NCBI RefSeq assembly: GCF_004010195.1
Contig: NC_057718.1
Span: forward strand, 8,987,267-9,011,548
DNA from: Chiloscyllium plagiosum
Lineage: Eukaryota
Length of the DNA stretch: 24,282 nucleotides
Direction: 5' to 3'
Part shown: one piece after another, positions 1 through 11,019 of the stretch
Layout: each line of letters begins with the position of its first letter
Numbering within the stretch: the first letter of the stretch is position 1
Made by a program: the position numbers and the translations under genes
Notes under the pieces: generated by a model
Database searches by the model: none
Told to the model about the DNA's origin: nothing
What the model saw: the letters and a program-made list of their open reading frames with translations, nothing else

Positions 1-449
1 AGACATGTTTCTCACCTCTCTGTCAAATGGGTGCCCCATTGTATTTAAACTCTAACTCTCTCGTTCTAAACTTCCCCACAAGGGAAACACTCTTTCCACA
101 TCCACCCAGTCAAGTCCCCTCAGGATCTTAAACGTTTCAATTCAGTCACCTCTGACTCTTCTAGGATACTTCACAACAATACTGGCCTTGCCTTTTCTCA
201 TAAGGCAATCCAGTCAGTCCAGATATTAACCTAATAAACTTTCTCTGAACTACTTCCAATATATTAACTTCCTTCTGTAACTATGGTGAGCAGTACCATA
301 TGCTGTACTCCAGCTGCAATTGAACCAATGATCTGTAAAACTGAAGCATGACCTCCACACTCTTGCATTCAATTCCCCTTGCAAGCAACAGAACAATCTG
401 TTTGCTTTCCTGATGACTTGTTGTACCTGTACACTAACTTTCTATGATT

Positions 450-666
450 CATTTTGAGAGCATGGTGCTGGAAAAGCACAGCAGGTCAGACAGCATCCGA
501 GGAGCAGGAGAATCGACACTTCGGGCATAAGCCCCTCATTCCTGATGAAGGCCTTATGCCTGAAACGTCGATTCTCCTGCTCCTTGGATGCTGCCTGACC
601 TGCTGTGCTTTTCCAGCACCACACTCTCGACTCTGATCTCCAGCATCTGCAGTCCTCACCTTCTCC
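450..666 (+). mobile_element. Short Penelope-like retroelement 3' end with inverted 5' copy (fold-back)
   Basis: 456-540 is the near reverse complement of 541-630. The right arm matches the tail of the GIY-YIG PLE at 18005-18095. TSD at 440-449 / 667-676 (1 mismatch). Confidence 0.85.
542..569 (+). ncRNA. Minimal type I hammerhead ribozyme core (PLE-associated)
   Basis: CTGATGA-AGGC-CTTAT-GCCT-GAAA-CG-TC: both conserved boxes, a 4-bp stem II and a palindromic ACGT stem III. Stem I is weak. Confidence 0.65.
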
Positions 667-744
667 TTCTGTGATTGAGGCATTAGGACACTCAGATCCC
701 TCTGCTCCCTCTATGCTCTTTAAGTTATTTTTTATTGTGCTGTA

Positions 745-1330
745 GGGACGGGTCAAGTGGAACAGGAGAATGGAACAAAGGCAGGTGCTATATCTATCAA
801 TGACACATGCAAGGAGGTCACAGATATTACTGCGGCTCACAATCGGGTCAACTACCTCCCTAAAGACCAATGGTGAGAGCGAGCAGGTTCAGGACAGCAA
901 CATGATGTCATGGTGCCTTCGAGAAGAAAAGCAAGACTTGCATTTATGTAGTGTCTTTCCCCACCTCAGGCTGTCTCACAGTGCTTTCCAGGCGATGAGG
1001 TACTTCCAGGAGGGTAGTGACTGCTGCAAGATGGGGAGTAGCCCCAGTATAAGAATATTCTGAAGGCCCGTGTTAAAAACTTTGCAAGATGCCAGGCTTG
1101 AAGACCAACATTCCTGAAGAAGTTCATGAGGAGGACAGTCATTATCTTTTGCTGCAAAATGCGGTGAGATAAAGACCATGGGTTGACGCTCAACAAACTG
1201 CTTGAATATCAAGCTGGCTCAGCCACCATTAGGACTTTCACCTGATGTTACAACTCGATTAGTCTGAGGTGTCTTTGATGGACATTGGCCAGCTAGCGGA
1301 AACCTTTCCAGGCAGACTCTCCTGCAACTA
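745..1330 (+). pseudogene. Possible very decayed Gypsy pol remnant (RT thumb/RNase H)
   Basis: Frameshifted translations KEV..VNYLPK, HSAFQAMR, SSPSIRIF*RPVLKTLQDA and LLLQN occur in the order expected for Gypsy VNYLxKF / AF..K / APVLxYF / TLQxDAS / LLQ motifs. Confidence 0.35.
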
Positions 1331-1337
1331 ACACAGT

Positions 1338-1678
1338 TTTTTAGGGGATGAGGATGTCGCTGACCATTTATTGCCTGTCCCCAATTGCCCAGAGGGCAGT
1401 TAAGAGTCAACCACATTGCTGTGAGTCTGGAGTCACATGTAGGCCAGACCAGGTAAGGATGGCAGTTTCCTTCCCTAAAGGACATTAGTGAACCAGGTGG
1501 GTTTTTCCAACAACCAACAATGGATTTATAGTCATCATTAAACTCTGAATTCCAGATTTTCATTGGATTCGGATTTCACCATCTGCTGTGATGGGATTCC
1601 AAGCCGTTTCCCCAGAACATTACCTGGGTCTCTGGGTTAATAGTCTTATGATAATACCACTAGGCCTTCAACTCCCCA
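1338..1678 (-). mobile_element. tRNA-derived SINE (second shark family), near full length
   Basis: Reverse complement of the copy at 23539-23840 (shared CACAGCAATGTGGTTGACTCTTAACTGCCCTCTGGGCAAT block). tRNA-like head at the right end, A-rich tail at the left. Confidence 0.8.
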
Positions 1679-1894
1679 ATGAGGGACATCTCCTCTTTGA
1701 CATTCACAGATAGGATTTCAGACTTTTCTCACTGTTGAAAGATGCCATCTCTGTTGGTTCTCTCTGGGAGTACCAGATGTATCTGCTGATAGCTGACACG
1801 ATCAGGGTACAATATCACAAAGGATGAATTGTAAAAGCATGTCCTAACAGGATGCCACACATTGGGAATGAAAACTAGGTGATGTAAACAAGAC

Positions 1895-2600
1895 AGTAAC
1901 AACAACTTACACAACACCGTTAATGTGATTAAATGGAGCCCAAGGTATTTCACAAGAGAATCATTGAAGAAAATTGGATCTATACTCTCTCGAGTTGAGA
2001 AGATGCAGCTGAGGTCTATCAGATGCTAAAATGGATTAACAAAGTAGATGGAGAGAGGATGTCTCCTCATTTGGGGCAATCAAGGACAGATCATAGTGTT
2101 AGGATAAGGGGGAGCTGATTTAAAACAGAGATGAAGAGAAGTTAATTTTATCAAATAGTCATGAATTTGTCGAATTAACTACTCCAGAGTGTGATGGATG
2201 CTGGGACATGAACAAATTCGAGGAGAAGATAGACAGATCAGTAACAGGTTGAAGGGTAATGGAGAGCAGGCAGGAAAGTGGAGTTGAGGCTAGGATGAGA
2301 TCAGCCATGATCATATTGAATGGCAGAGCAGGCCCGAGGGGCTGAATGGCCTCCTCCTGCTCCTGATTCTGATGTTCCATCGAGCCAACATTATGGCACA
2401 CAGACAAACCAAAATTTGATTTAAAAAAGGTAGGTTTTAATGAGGGCTTTAAAGGAGGAAAGAGAGTTAATGAGGTGGTGAGGTTCTATGAGACAATTCC
2501 GGAATTTAGGGTAGTGGCAACAGAACCAGCCAAAACCAAGCTGATGGAATCTGAAGAGCTCGGATATCACGGAGACGGTGGCATGCACTGACAGAGATCA
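1895..2600 (-). mobile_element. Old L2-like LINE 3' end, split by a CR1 insertion
   Basis: AACAACAACTTA-type tail at ~1898 and purine-rich L2-like body at 2405-2600. Similar to the antisense of 23240-23360. Confidence 0.45.
1985..2380 (+). mobile_element. CR1 LINE 3' end
   Basis: Degenerate VVNLWNSL / FKEKIDR coding region followed by the CR1 3' UTR GGCTGAATGGCCTCCTCCTGCTCCT. Confidence 0.8.
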
Positions 2601-2694
2601 GCAATCATCTGGACTGGAACTGTGCTGTTCCCATCATTTTAAACCTGCCTGTTCATTGGGAGTCTGAGCTGTAATCTTGAAGCTGTTATGCTCA

Positions 2695-3016
2695 CAAAAT
2701 CCCTACAGTGTGAAAACAGTCCATTCTGCCCAACAAGTCCACACCAACCTTCCAAAGAGTAACCTACCCAGACCCATTCCCATTCCCCTATGTTTCCCCT
2801 GACTAATGCACCTAACTTCCCCATCCCTGAACACTATGGGTAATTTAGCATGGTCAATTCACCCAACCTGCACATCTTTGGATTGGAGGAGGAAACCTGT
2901 ACAGACACGGGGAGAATGTGCAAACTCTACACAGACAATTGCCCGAGACTGGAATCGAACCCGGGTTCCTGGCACTGTGAGGCAGCAGTGCTAACCACTG
3001 AGCCACCGTGCTGCCC
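2695..3016 (-). mobile_element. HE1-type V-SINE, full length
   Basis: The minus strand starts GGGCAGCACGGTGGCTCAGTGGTTAGCACTGCTGCCTCAC. B box GGTTCGATTCC (2951-2961), V-domain, CR1-derived tail. Confidence 0.9.
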
Positions 3017-3360
3017 TGTGCTGGGCTGCCCCTGCTCTCAGTCTGCTGTGTCTCTCTCTTAACTCTATCCCAGTGTCGCAACAGTCTGACTCTCAGTATG
3101 TCTTGTAAGTTCTTCATCAACATTCCAACAAGCACAACACTGATTATAGCTCTCCAGCTCTCCAGAACAATTCTCCCATTCCTCTCCTCTTAGTCTTATG
3201 ACCATGTGTCTGAATGATATCAGAGTTAGGAACTGGAGTATACCATTCAGCCCGTCGAATGCTATTTAATATGATCATGGCCAATTGAATACTTCAATGG
3301 CTTTGACCAATCTTATTCCTGTAACCAAGGGGTAATGGGTTATTAGAAACCTATCAATCT

Positions 3361-3931
3361 ACCAACCTAAAATCTATCAGTCAAACAGCAAGCAAAACTA
3401 ATGTAATTTACAAAATATTGTGTAAGGACTGTAACAAACAATACATTGGACAAACAGGCAGAAAACTAGCCACGAGGATACTTGAACATCAACTAGCCAC
3501 AAAAAGACATGACCCTCACTCACTAGTATCCTCACACATGGATGAGGAAGGACACCACTTCGACTGGGACAATACAACCCTCCTAGGACAAGCCAAACAA
3601 AGACACGCACGAGAATTCCTAGAAGCATGGCATTCCAACCAGAACTCTATCAACAAACACATCGGGTTAGACCCCATCTACCACCCCTGTGAAAAGGAAC
3701 AGGAAAAGACATCACCACACGAAATAACATCACCACAGGAAATGACATCACCAACCCAAAGAAACCCAAACATGTAAATAGAAAGCAGGAATTTTCAGCA
3801 GTGCTTCACCTGAGGCCCACTGAAGATGTTACCTAGTAGGGTGACAAAACGTCTGGAAATGAACCTTCCAGCTCAACGAGCAAACCTACACCTAGAACCT
3901 CAACTTGAGCTACAAATCTTTTCAAAACTCG
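3361..3931 (+). mobile_element. 5'-truncated Penelope/Poseidon-type element with GIY-YIG endonuclease domain
   Basis: Translation NVIYKILCKDCNKQYIGQTGRKLATRILEHQ...HHFDWDN...REFLEAWHS (ORF 3418-3777). 10-bp TSD CTATCAATCT at 3351-3360 and 3932-3941. Confidence 0.92.
3817..3856 (+). ncRNA. Hammerhead ribozyme motif in Penelope 3' region (G12 mutated)
   Basis: CCA-CTGAAGA-T-GTTACC-TAGTAG-GGTGAC-AAAA-CG-TC-TGG: stem I CCA/TGG and a 6-bp stem II. The GAAA box reads AAAA, consistent with CpG decay. Confidence 0.7.
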
Positions 3932-4020
3932 CTATCAATCTCTACCTTAAACATTCTCAAAGACTGAGTCTCCACAGCCCTTGGGGAAGAGATTTCCAAA
4001 GATTCACTCCCTGAATAGAA

Positions 4021-4835
4021 TCATTTCTTTGATTTATTTGATTTTTTACTGTCACAGGTACAATGAAAAGTTTTGATTTGTGAGCAGTACAACAGCCTAT
4101 AACATAAAAAGATCATAGAGTGATTGTATTCCTCATTCTGTTCAAAGCTGCACAGATGATGTAGGATTGACTTTAGATTTGAAATTTGAGAGGTCCATTC
4201 AGAAGTCAAATAACAACGGGGAGGTAACTGTTCTTGAATCGGCTGGTGCGTGCGTTTAAGCTTTTGTATCTCCTGCCCGATGGAAGAGGTTGGAGGAGAT
4301 TATAAACGGGGAGGGGGGTGGGGGGGGGTCTTTGATGATGTTGGCTGCCTTCCTGAGGCAGCATAAAGTGTAGAAGGAGTCAATGGATGGAAGGTTGGCT
4401 TCCTGATGGAATGGGCTATATTCACAACTCCCTGTAGTTTGTTACGGTCATGGGCAGAGCAGTTGCCATATCAACCCGTGATGTATCCGGATAGAATGCT
4501 TTCTGTTGTGCAATCTGTAAATGTTGGTGAGGGTCCACGTAGACATGCCGAATTTCCTTAGCCTCCTGAGGAAGAAAAGACATTCTGCCTTCTTGACCTT
4601 TATATCTATGTGGGAGGTCCAGGACAGATTGTTGGTGATCGTCGCTCCTAAGAACTTGACACTTGAGACCATCTCCACCACAGCTGTATTGATGGAGAAC
4701 ACAGAACAATACAGCACAGTACAGGCCCTTTGGCCTTCAATGTTGTCCTGGCCTTTTATCTTACTCTTTTATCCTACTGTACATAGATGTAGATTGACGT
4801 GCCCACCTTCTTGCTTCCTGAATTCAATGATCAAC
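4021..4835 (-). mobile_element. Rex1/Babar LINE 3' end (RT C-terminus plus tail), with a small CR1 tail inserted at ~4697-4770
   Basis: Minus ORF VEMVSSVKFLGATITNNLSWTSHI..KKA..LFFLRRLRKFGMS. Tail ACTTTTCATTGTA..TGACAGTAAAAAATCAAATAAATCAAA. Confidence 0.85.
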
Positions 4836-5109
4836 TAACATAAGTGAGATCCCTCTTCTTTTCAAATGGTGTCCCCTGGTTCTAGATGCCCCAACTGATG
4901 GAAATATCCTACCTGCATCTTACTCTGTCTATCCTTTTAGTTTTGTACTTAGCATTTTGTAGGTTTCAAAGAGATCACCTCTTACTGGGAATCCAGACCC
5001 AATTTGCCCAATTCCTCTCCATAGCATAGCCCTGCTATCACAGGATCAAACTATCACCATGAACATCATCACCATTCAACTATCCATCCTGATTGTACCT
5101 CAAGGGAGG

Positions 5110-5255
5110 GCATTGAGAATAAAATGGAGGTTTTCAAACTGAGATGTTGCGTGACTGCAGAACAGTGAGCATGGAGAGGATTTGATGTGAGTTAAAATAC
5201 ATTTAGCAGAGTTTTGGATTGCCTCAAGTTTCCTGAAAGTAGAATGTGGAAGATA
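5110..5255 (-). mobile_element. Old L2-like fragment
   Basis: GCAGAGTTTTGGAT is the antisense of the IQNSA motif of the L2 RT C-terminus. Confidence 0.45.
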
Positions 5256-5264
5256 AGTGAGAAT

Positions 5265-5762
5265 ACACCTTGGAGTGCTGGTTCATACATCCATGAAAGT
5301 AGAGTCACAGGTAGATAGGATAGTGAAGAAGGCGTTTGGTATGCTTGCCTTTATTGGTCAGAGCACTGAGTACTGGCATTGGGAGGTCATGTTGTGGTTG
5401 AACAGGACATTTGTTAGGTCACTTTTGGAATACTGTCTGCAATTCTAGACGGTGGGGGAGTAGAGAACCAGAGAGCATAGGTGTAGGGTGAGCGGGGAAG
5501 GATATAAAAGAGACCTAAGGGTCAACCTTTTCACACAGAGGGTGGTGCATGTATGGAATGAGCTGCCAGAGGAATTGGTGGAGACTGGTACAATTACAAC
5601 ATTTAAAAGGCAGCTGGATGGATATATGAATAGGAAGGGTTTAGAGGGATATGGGCCAAAGGCCATCAAATAGGAGACATCAATTTAGGATATCTGGTTG
5701 GCATGGATGAGTTGGATCGAAGGGTCTCCTTCCATGCTGTATATCTCTATGACTCTATGACT
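5265..5762 (+). mobile_element. Young CR1 (HER1-like) 3' end with internal deletion at ~5447
   Basis: LGVLVH..KVESQVDRIVKKAFGMLAFI..LEYCLQF is joined directly to GESRTR..FTQRVVHVWNELPEE. (ATGACTCT)n tail. Confidence 0.92.
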
Positions 5763-5869
5763 CGATATTGAGTTGTAGATATGGTGAAATCCTCACCTCT
5801 ATCAGTGTATGTTCTGGTAACATTCATCAATAAGATGCCTTAAGAAAGTATTCTGCCACCAATCCCAAC

Positions 5870-5948
5870 TTTTTTTATTGTTCTTTCATGGGAGGTGGGC
5901 ATCACTAACAATGCCAGCATTTATGTCCCATCCCTAATTGTCCCTGAA
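5870..5948 (-). mobile_element. SINE/LINE shared 3' tail fragment
   Basis: GCCAGCATTTAT..CCCATCCCTAATTG is antisense to the tail of the SINE at 23539-23840. Confidence 0.6.
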
Positions 5949-5989
5949 TTCTGTTTCATTGGGAGTGGAGTTTGAGGTGATGGTTTATT

Positions 5990-6325
5990 CTCGTGACAAG
6001 CTGGTGCAGGAGCAGACTTTGAGGAACACCAGTGGCTTGTGACTGCATTATAGATCGGAATCTCAATCCCCGTAGCTCAAGGACCCACACCTCCCAGAAA
6101 ACTTGGCCACTTGTTTGAGTGGCCAGCGGTAAATCGAGTAGACAAACAGGGTTGGTGGAATAGAGGGGCTGAGAGCTGGTTAAGGAAGTGAACAATATTC
6201 AGATCCATCCAGATGACCTTCATGTTGATGACCATGAACCCAAGCAGTACCAAACCATGACAAATTTCCAAGAAGGATCTGTCTGACCTTCTGCAATTTC
6301 ATAAAGAGAGTGACATCCTCCACAC
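5990..6325 (+). pseudogene. Possible very decayed Gypsy reverse-transcriptase remnant
   Basis: ELVKEVNNIQIHPDDLHV followed by HD..LLQFHKESDIL resembles the xxDDILV..EHD..L..L region of LTR-element RT. Stops and frameshifts are present. Confidence 0.3.
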
Positions 6326-6344
6326 GTCCCTCAACTCACACTTA

Positions 6345-7050
6345 GACCAGAAGATATAGCAGCAGAATTAGACCATTCAGCCCATCGAGTCTGTCCTGCC
6401 ATTCATAAAGTCATAGAGATATACACCACGGAAACAGACCCTTCGGTCCAACTTCGGTCCAGCACCCGGCCCATATCCCTCTAAACCCTTCCTATTCATA
6501 TACCCATCCAGATGCCTTTCAAATGTTGCAATTGTACCAGCCTCCACCACTTCCTCTAGCAGCTCATTCCACACACGCACCACCCTCTGAGTGAAAAAAT
6601 TGTCCCTTAGGTCTCTTTTATATCCTTCCCCACTCACCCTAAACCTATGCTGTCTGGTTCTCTACTCCCCCACCACAAGGAAAAGACCTTGTCTATTTAT
6701 CCTATCCATGCGCCTCATGATTTTATAAACCTCTATGAGGTCACCGCTCAGCCTCTGACACTCCAGGGAAAACAGCCCCAGCCTATTCAACCTCTCCTTG
6801 TAGCTCAAATCCTCCAACCCTGACAACATCCTTGCAAATCTTTTCTGAACCTTAAGTGTATAAGTCCTGTTAAGATTTGCTTTCCCAAAATGCAGCACCT
6901 CACATTTATCTGAATTCACCTCCATCTGCCACTTCTCAGCCCGTTGGCTGAATCATGACTGAAATGTTTCTCAATCCCCTTCTCCCCATAACCCTTAATC
7001 CCCTTACTAATCAAGAACCATCTATCTCGGTCATAAATCCACTCAGTGAC
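6345..7050 (-). mobile_element. Young CR1 3' end (6405-6950, internally deleted) nested in an older CR1 tail
   Basis: Minus ORFs [36 protein letters not shown] and NFFTQRVVRVWNEL. Older CR1 UTR at 6345-6404 and 6950-7050. Confidence 0.9.
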
Positions 7051-7149
7051 TTGCTTCATGTCTATGCTTTCAAAAAGTCAAACTTCAGACCCCAGGTCAT
7101 GCCTTCAAACTGAACACAATTGGGATGGTTTTGGGAAAAAAAGATCTGG

Positions 7150-7335
7150 GCTATAATACTAGTCTCAGTAATGATGACCATGAAACAATTATCGATTGAC
7201 GTGAAAGCCCCTCTGGCCTTTAAGAAAGATAGTATGCCTGATCTGGTCTGACTGTGGACTCACAGAAATGTGGTTAACTCTTAACTGCCCTCTGAAAATG
7301 GCCCAGCAATCCAATGAGCCTCATTGGCAATAGTC
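7150..7335 (+). mobile_element. Degenerate fragment of the second tRNA-SINE family
   Basis: ATGATGACCATGAA and ATGTGGTTAACTCTTAACTGCCCTCTG blocks shared with 23539-23840. Confidence 0.7.
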
Positions 7336-7387
7336 TGAGTTACTGCAAACAAGTGAGGAAGGGTGGCCACGAAACATCTTCAGCAGA

Positions 7388-7659
7388 ATTGAAGCTCAGT
7401 CTCGATAAACCGAATCAGGTTTATTACATTCTATGTAATAGCTAGTTACGTTACATCCGAGTTACAAGAGAGTTGTACTTTCTACTTCAGACACTGGCGA
7501 CCACATGGAACTGGACTTGCAGCTTAGAGCACTCACACACACACCAGATAACTCCACCCAGGGACCATCCTAATGGAGCTTTGGTCCTGTTGTCAGTTAA
7601 CCTTTCCTGGTACTAACTGCCTCATTAGGGCAAACTTAAAGAGAATACAGATTTCAACA
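7388..7659 (-). mobile_element. Possible solo LTR
   Basis: The minus strand begins TGTTGAAA and has AATAAA close to its 3' end (TTTATT at ~7420). No TSD found. Confidence 0.3.
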
Positions 7660-7739
7660 TGAGCTGAGGCAAAAACAAATTGCAATCTCAAAGCGATGCT
7701 GGAAAAATGCATCAGGTCCTTAGAACAGAGGATAAATTC

Positions 7740-7975
7740 AAAGGAAAGATTTGAGTTTCTGAAAAGGGAAGGCGAGTATGTTTTTAATTACTTCACGCGT
7801 AGGCTGATGATAATCTGTGGAGCAGATTGCCTAGTGACAGTGAGGGCGGACACCGTTAGCAAATTCAATGAAGGAGCTAAAGCAAGTCGTGACTCATTTG
7901 GGGGCTGGGGTCAGACCAAACAGCCTGACTGACAGCACAGGAGCAGCTGCTTGGATGGAATAGACTATGGGGAAA
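7740..7975 (+). mobile_element. Ancient CR1-like 3' end
   Basis: NYFTRRLMII..VRADTVSKF resembles the CR1 motif NFFTQRVV..W..VEAxT..FK. Confidence 0.5.
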
Positions 7976-8089
7976 GCAGAGAGACCTCCTGGTGAGGTGT
8001 GGCAATACTGACCCTGTACCAACAGACAAGCTCACCCATGGGCAGCATGTATATGAGGAACAGGAGGGACTAAGGGAGCAATTTGGGCT

Positions 8090-9015
8090 GGGTCATATCT
8101 TACTGGGGAAGAACACCCAGCCCTGCTATGCTGGGAGTCATCACAGAAGTTAAAGATATTAAAAAGTGGGCAAAATTCAGTAATTTATCTATCCTTTGGA
8201 GCCAGGTCAATAGAAAGCAGGGACCAGGCTTCTATACTTATCAATAATTATTATTTATGAAAAATACATAGATTCTAGCTACAGATAAATAATTATAAAG
8301 CATCAAAATGCAACTCCACTAATGAAAACTCTAACCTCCTTATAAACTCCCCCTCATACACTCATTAAGACAGGCAGCAACAGGAAAGAAAATGTGGGTG
8401 TTATGGGCAGAGGGAAAGACTGGGAAAACAGTTCCTGTCCATAAGGTTTGCTGAGATGGTTCTTCTCAGTCTTCATTCTACAGATGCTTTCATCTGTTGG
8501 TAGCAGATACAGGATGACTGGGTGAAGCTTATAAAGCTCTTTGACTTACCAAAACAAATATTCACAGTTTACAGCAACTGGAAAGGGGAAAATAAACTGG
8601 CTATCTTTAGGTGTGAGATATCAGTTACCACAGATCAAAACCAGCTTGTTTTCCTCCAGATGGCTTCTCCCACACATTCACAGTCCCCAAACTGTTCAGT
8701 TACCCAGGAGCCAATCACATACTTATTAGTAGACCGATGATGATTGGTCACTCGTCCACAGACCAATCAGGTACTTGCTACCAGTCAAAGTGCCATTCGG
8801 ATGCACCTTTTGGCTCCAGCTCATCTGCAAACCAGGCTTTCCCCACTGCTTGAATGAGCAGCTGTGTAAACAACACTTACAATGAGTGTCAGGTAACTCA
8901 CTTTTTAAAAGTACAGTGATCCTTTGGCAATCATTCTTTTAAACAAAAACTGTTTTTTTCCCATTTCAGTCCACAATCCAAAGTACAGAAAATTAAAAAG
9001 ATACTGTCCCTCTAG
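8090..9015. mobile_element. Possible long solo LTR with CCAAT-box cluster
   Basis: Non-coding, strand-asymmetric segment with CCAATCA/TGATTGG at ~8711, ~8740 and ~8763. Termini are not crisp. Confidence 0.3.
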
Positions 9016-9089
9016 GTGATGTACTTGCTAACATCCCACACTGATTCTCCCCCACTTTCAAGTTTACCCTGCTCTTCTCCCACCCCTGA

Positions 9090-9480
9090 TTAAGGAGGGT
9101 CCAATCTGCACATTCAGACCCAGTGATCTTATTGAGATCTGGTTCCAAATTTCCATTTGCCCTGAGTTTAGAGACAAGGATTTCGCAAATGGATGGGTTC
9201 TGGCCTGGTTAAAGCATTGCCCAGGGTGGGTAGTCTGCTGTATGAATTCAGCGAGAAAGTGGATTCATGGTAAGAAGAGCTACCTTTCTAACATGACTCT
9301 ATAATTTCCACCTTGAATTTTGGGGACGAGATTCCACAATTCCACCCATTGTTCTTTGAGAAGTACCAATCAGTGAAATTGCCCACTATCTACAATAGAC
9401 CCCTCAATGGCCACTGGGCAGAACTGGGCTGTGTCATCATGTCTTGGATTCTAGCACTTGCTGACCCAAAATATCAACAA
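9090..9480 (+). pseudogene. Possible very decayed Gypsy integrase remnant
   Basis: FWPG..C then GDEIPQF..FF..PLNGHWAE..IL..DP parallels the WWPG / SDNGPQF / PxSNGxAER integrase motifs. Confidence 0.35.
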
Positions 9481-9498
9481 CAACATCGTGCATTTATA

Positions 9499-9722
9499 AA
9501 AACCAAAGGAATTGCAGATGCTATAAATCAGAAACAACAACAGAAATTGCTGGAAATGCTTAGCAGATCTGGCGGCATCTATGAAGAGAAATCAAAGTTA
9601 ACCTTTCAGGGCCAGCGACCCTTATTCCAAGGAAGATTTACCAGACCTGAAATGTTAACTCTGATTTCTCTTCACAGATGCTGCCAGACCTGCACAGCTT
9701 TCCCAGCAACCTCTGTTTTTTG
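9499..9722 (-). mobile_element. PLE fold-back insertion (second family)
   Basis: Inverted arms ~9535-9620 / ~9635-9720. 14-bp TSD ATC(G/A)TGCATTTATA at 9485-9498 and 9723-9736. Confidence 0.8.
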
Positions 9723-9764
9723 ATCATGCATTTATATATCGCCATCAACCTAGTAAGATATCAT

Positions 9765-9945
9765 GATGTCGTGGTGCTGGTGTTGGATTCGGGTGGACAA
9801 AGTCAAAAGTCACACGGCACCAGGTTATAGTCCAACAGGTTTATCTGAAATCACAAGCTTTCAGAGCACTGCTCCCTGATGAAGCTTGTGATTTCAAATA
9901 GCCCTGTTAGCCTATAGCCTAGTGTTGTTTGCTTTCTGTCTTAAC
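9765..9945 (-). mobile_element. PLE fold-back insertion (third family)
   Basis: Inverted arms AGGTTATAGTCCAACAGGTTTATCTGAAATCACAAGCTT / AAGCTTGTGATTTCAAATAGCCCTGTTAGCCTATAGCCT, with partial hammerhead boxes in the centre. Confidence 0.7.
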
Positions 9946-9964
9946 AAAATATCCACAGAGTTTC

Positions 9965-10850
9965 AGGAGTCATAGAGTCATTAGGCATTAGGAAACAGCA
10001 CCTTCAGTCCAACCTGTCCGTGCCAACCACGTTTCCCAAACTAAACTAGTCCCACCTGCCTGCATTTGGCCGATATCCCTCCTAACCTTTCCCATTCATG
10101 TACCTGTCCAAATACCTTTTAAATGTTGAAACTGCATCTGCATTTATCACTTCCTCTGGTAATTCATCCCACACACGAACCACCATCTGTGTGAAAAAGT
10201 TACCCCTTAGGTCCTTTTCAAATCTTTCTCCTCTCACCTTAAAAATGTGCCTCCCAGCCTTGAACTCACCCACCCTATGGAGAAGAGTTTGGTATTCACC
10301 TGTCTATGTCCCTTCTATTTTTACAGATCTCTATAACCCCTCACCTCCTAAGCTCCAGTGAAGGAAGTCCCAACCTGTCCAGCTTATCCTTATAACTCAA
10401 ACCCTGCATTCCCAGCAACATCCTGGTCAGTCTTTTCTGAACCCTCTCCAATTGAATAATATCCTTTCTATAACAGAGCAACCAGAACTGGACTCATCGC
10501 CAGAAGAGATCTCACCGATGTCCTGTACAACCTCAACATGACGTCCCAACTCCTATATTCAATGATCTCGGGTATGAAGGCAAGTGTGTTGAACGCTTTC
10601 TTAACCATTCTGTCTATCTGTGATGCAATTTTCAAAGAACTATGTACCTGACCCCCTTGGTCTCTCTGTTCTACAACGCTACCCAGGGCCTACCATTAAC
10701 TGTATACATCCTGTCCTTGATCGTTTTACCAAAATGCAATACCTCGCATTTATCCAAATTAAACTCCATTTGCCACTCCTCAGCCCATTGGCCCAATTGA
10801 TCAAGATCACTTTGTAATCTTAGATTACTTTCTTAACTGTTGACTATTCG
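9965..10850 (-). mobile_element. CR1 LINE 3' region
   Basis: Minus ORF GEFK..GHIFKVRGERFEKDLRGNFFTQ..VWDELPEE, continuing to the WQMEFN.DKCEVLHFG region. Tail (AGAGTCAT)n at the left. Confidence 0.92.
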
Positions 10851-11019
10851 AATTAGAATCCCTACAGTGTGGAAATAGGCCCTTTGGCAAAACAAGTCCA
10901 CACAAACCCACCGAAGAGTATCCCACCCAAACCCATTACTCTATATTTACCCCTGACTAATGCACCTCACCTAAACATCCCTGAACACTATGGAGCAACT
11001 TAACATGACCAATTCACCT

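Larger units (their letters stand above)
1..710 (-). mobile_element. Old CR1 LINE 3' region, interrupted at 450-666 by a PLE fold-back insertion
   Basis: The reverse complement resembles the CR1 ORF2 C-terminal region, including a QRDL(G/S)VL-like segment at ~680-705. The sequence resumes after the TSD TTCT(A/G)TGATT. Confidence 0.75.
3220..5060 (-). mobile_element. Old CR1 3' end in three pieces (3220-3360, 3942-4015, ~4845-5060) hosting Penelope and Rex1 insertions
   Basis: The pieces are colinear with an antisense CR1 3' end (CCATTCAGCCC..., CTCCACAGCC...GATTTCCAAAGATTCAC, CCCCTGGTTCTAGA). Confidence 0.7.

Noticed and set aside
450..666. DNA-transposon MITE or pre-miRNA
   Set aside because: Asymmetric arms, variable-length TSDs and identity to a GIY-YIG PLE tail indicate retroelement origin.
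746..1200. Two spliced host exons (AG..GT boundaries at ~746-872 and from 970)
   Set aside because: The joined frames hit stops and give no recognisable protein. A decayed pol explanation fits at least as well.
2940..3016. tRNA genes (also ~11330-11399, ~15100-15168, ~21131-21200)
   Set aside because: These are the tRNA-derived heads of HE1 SINEs, continuous with the SINE body and tail.
9313..9723. 136-aa ORF as a real gene
   Set aside because: It starts at a non-ATG codon and runs through a PLE insertion, so it is chimeric.
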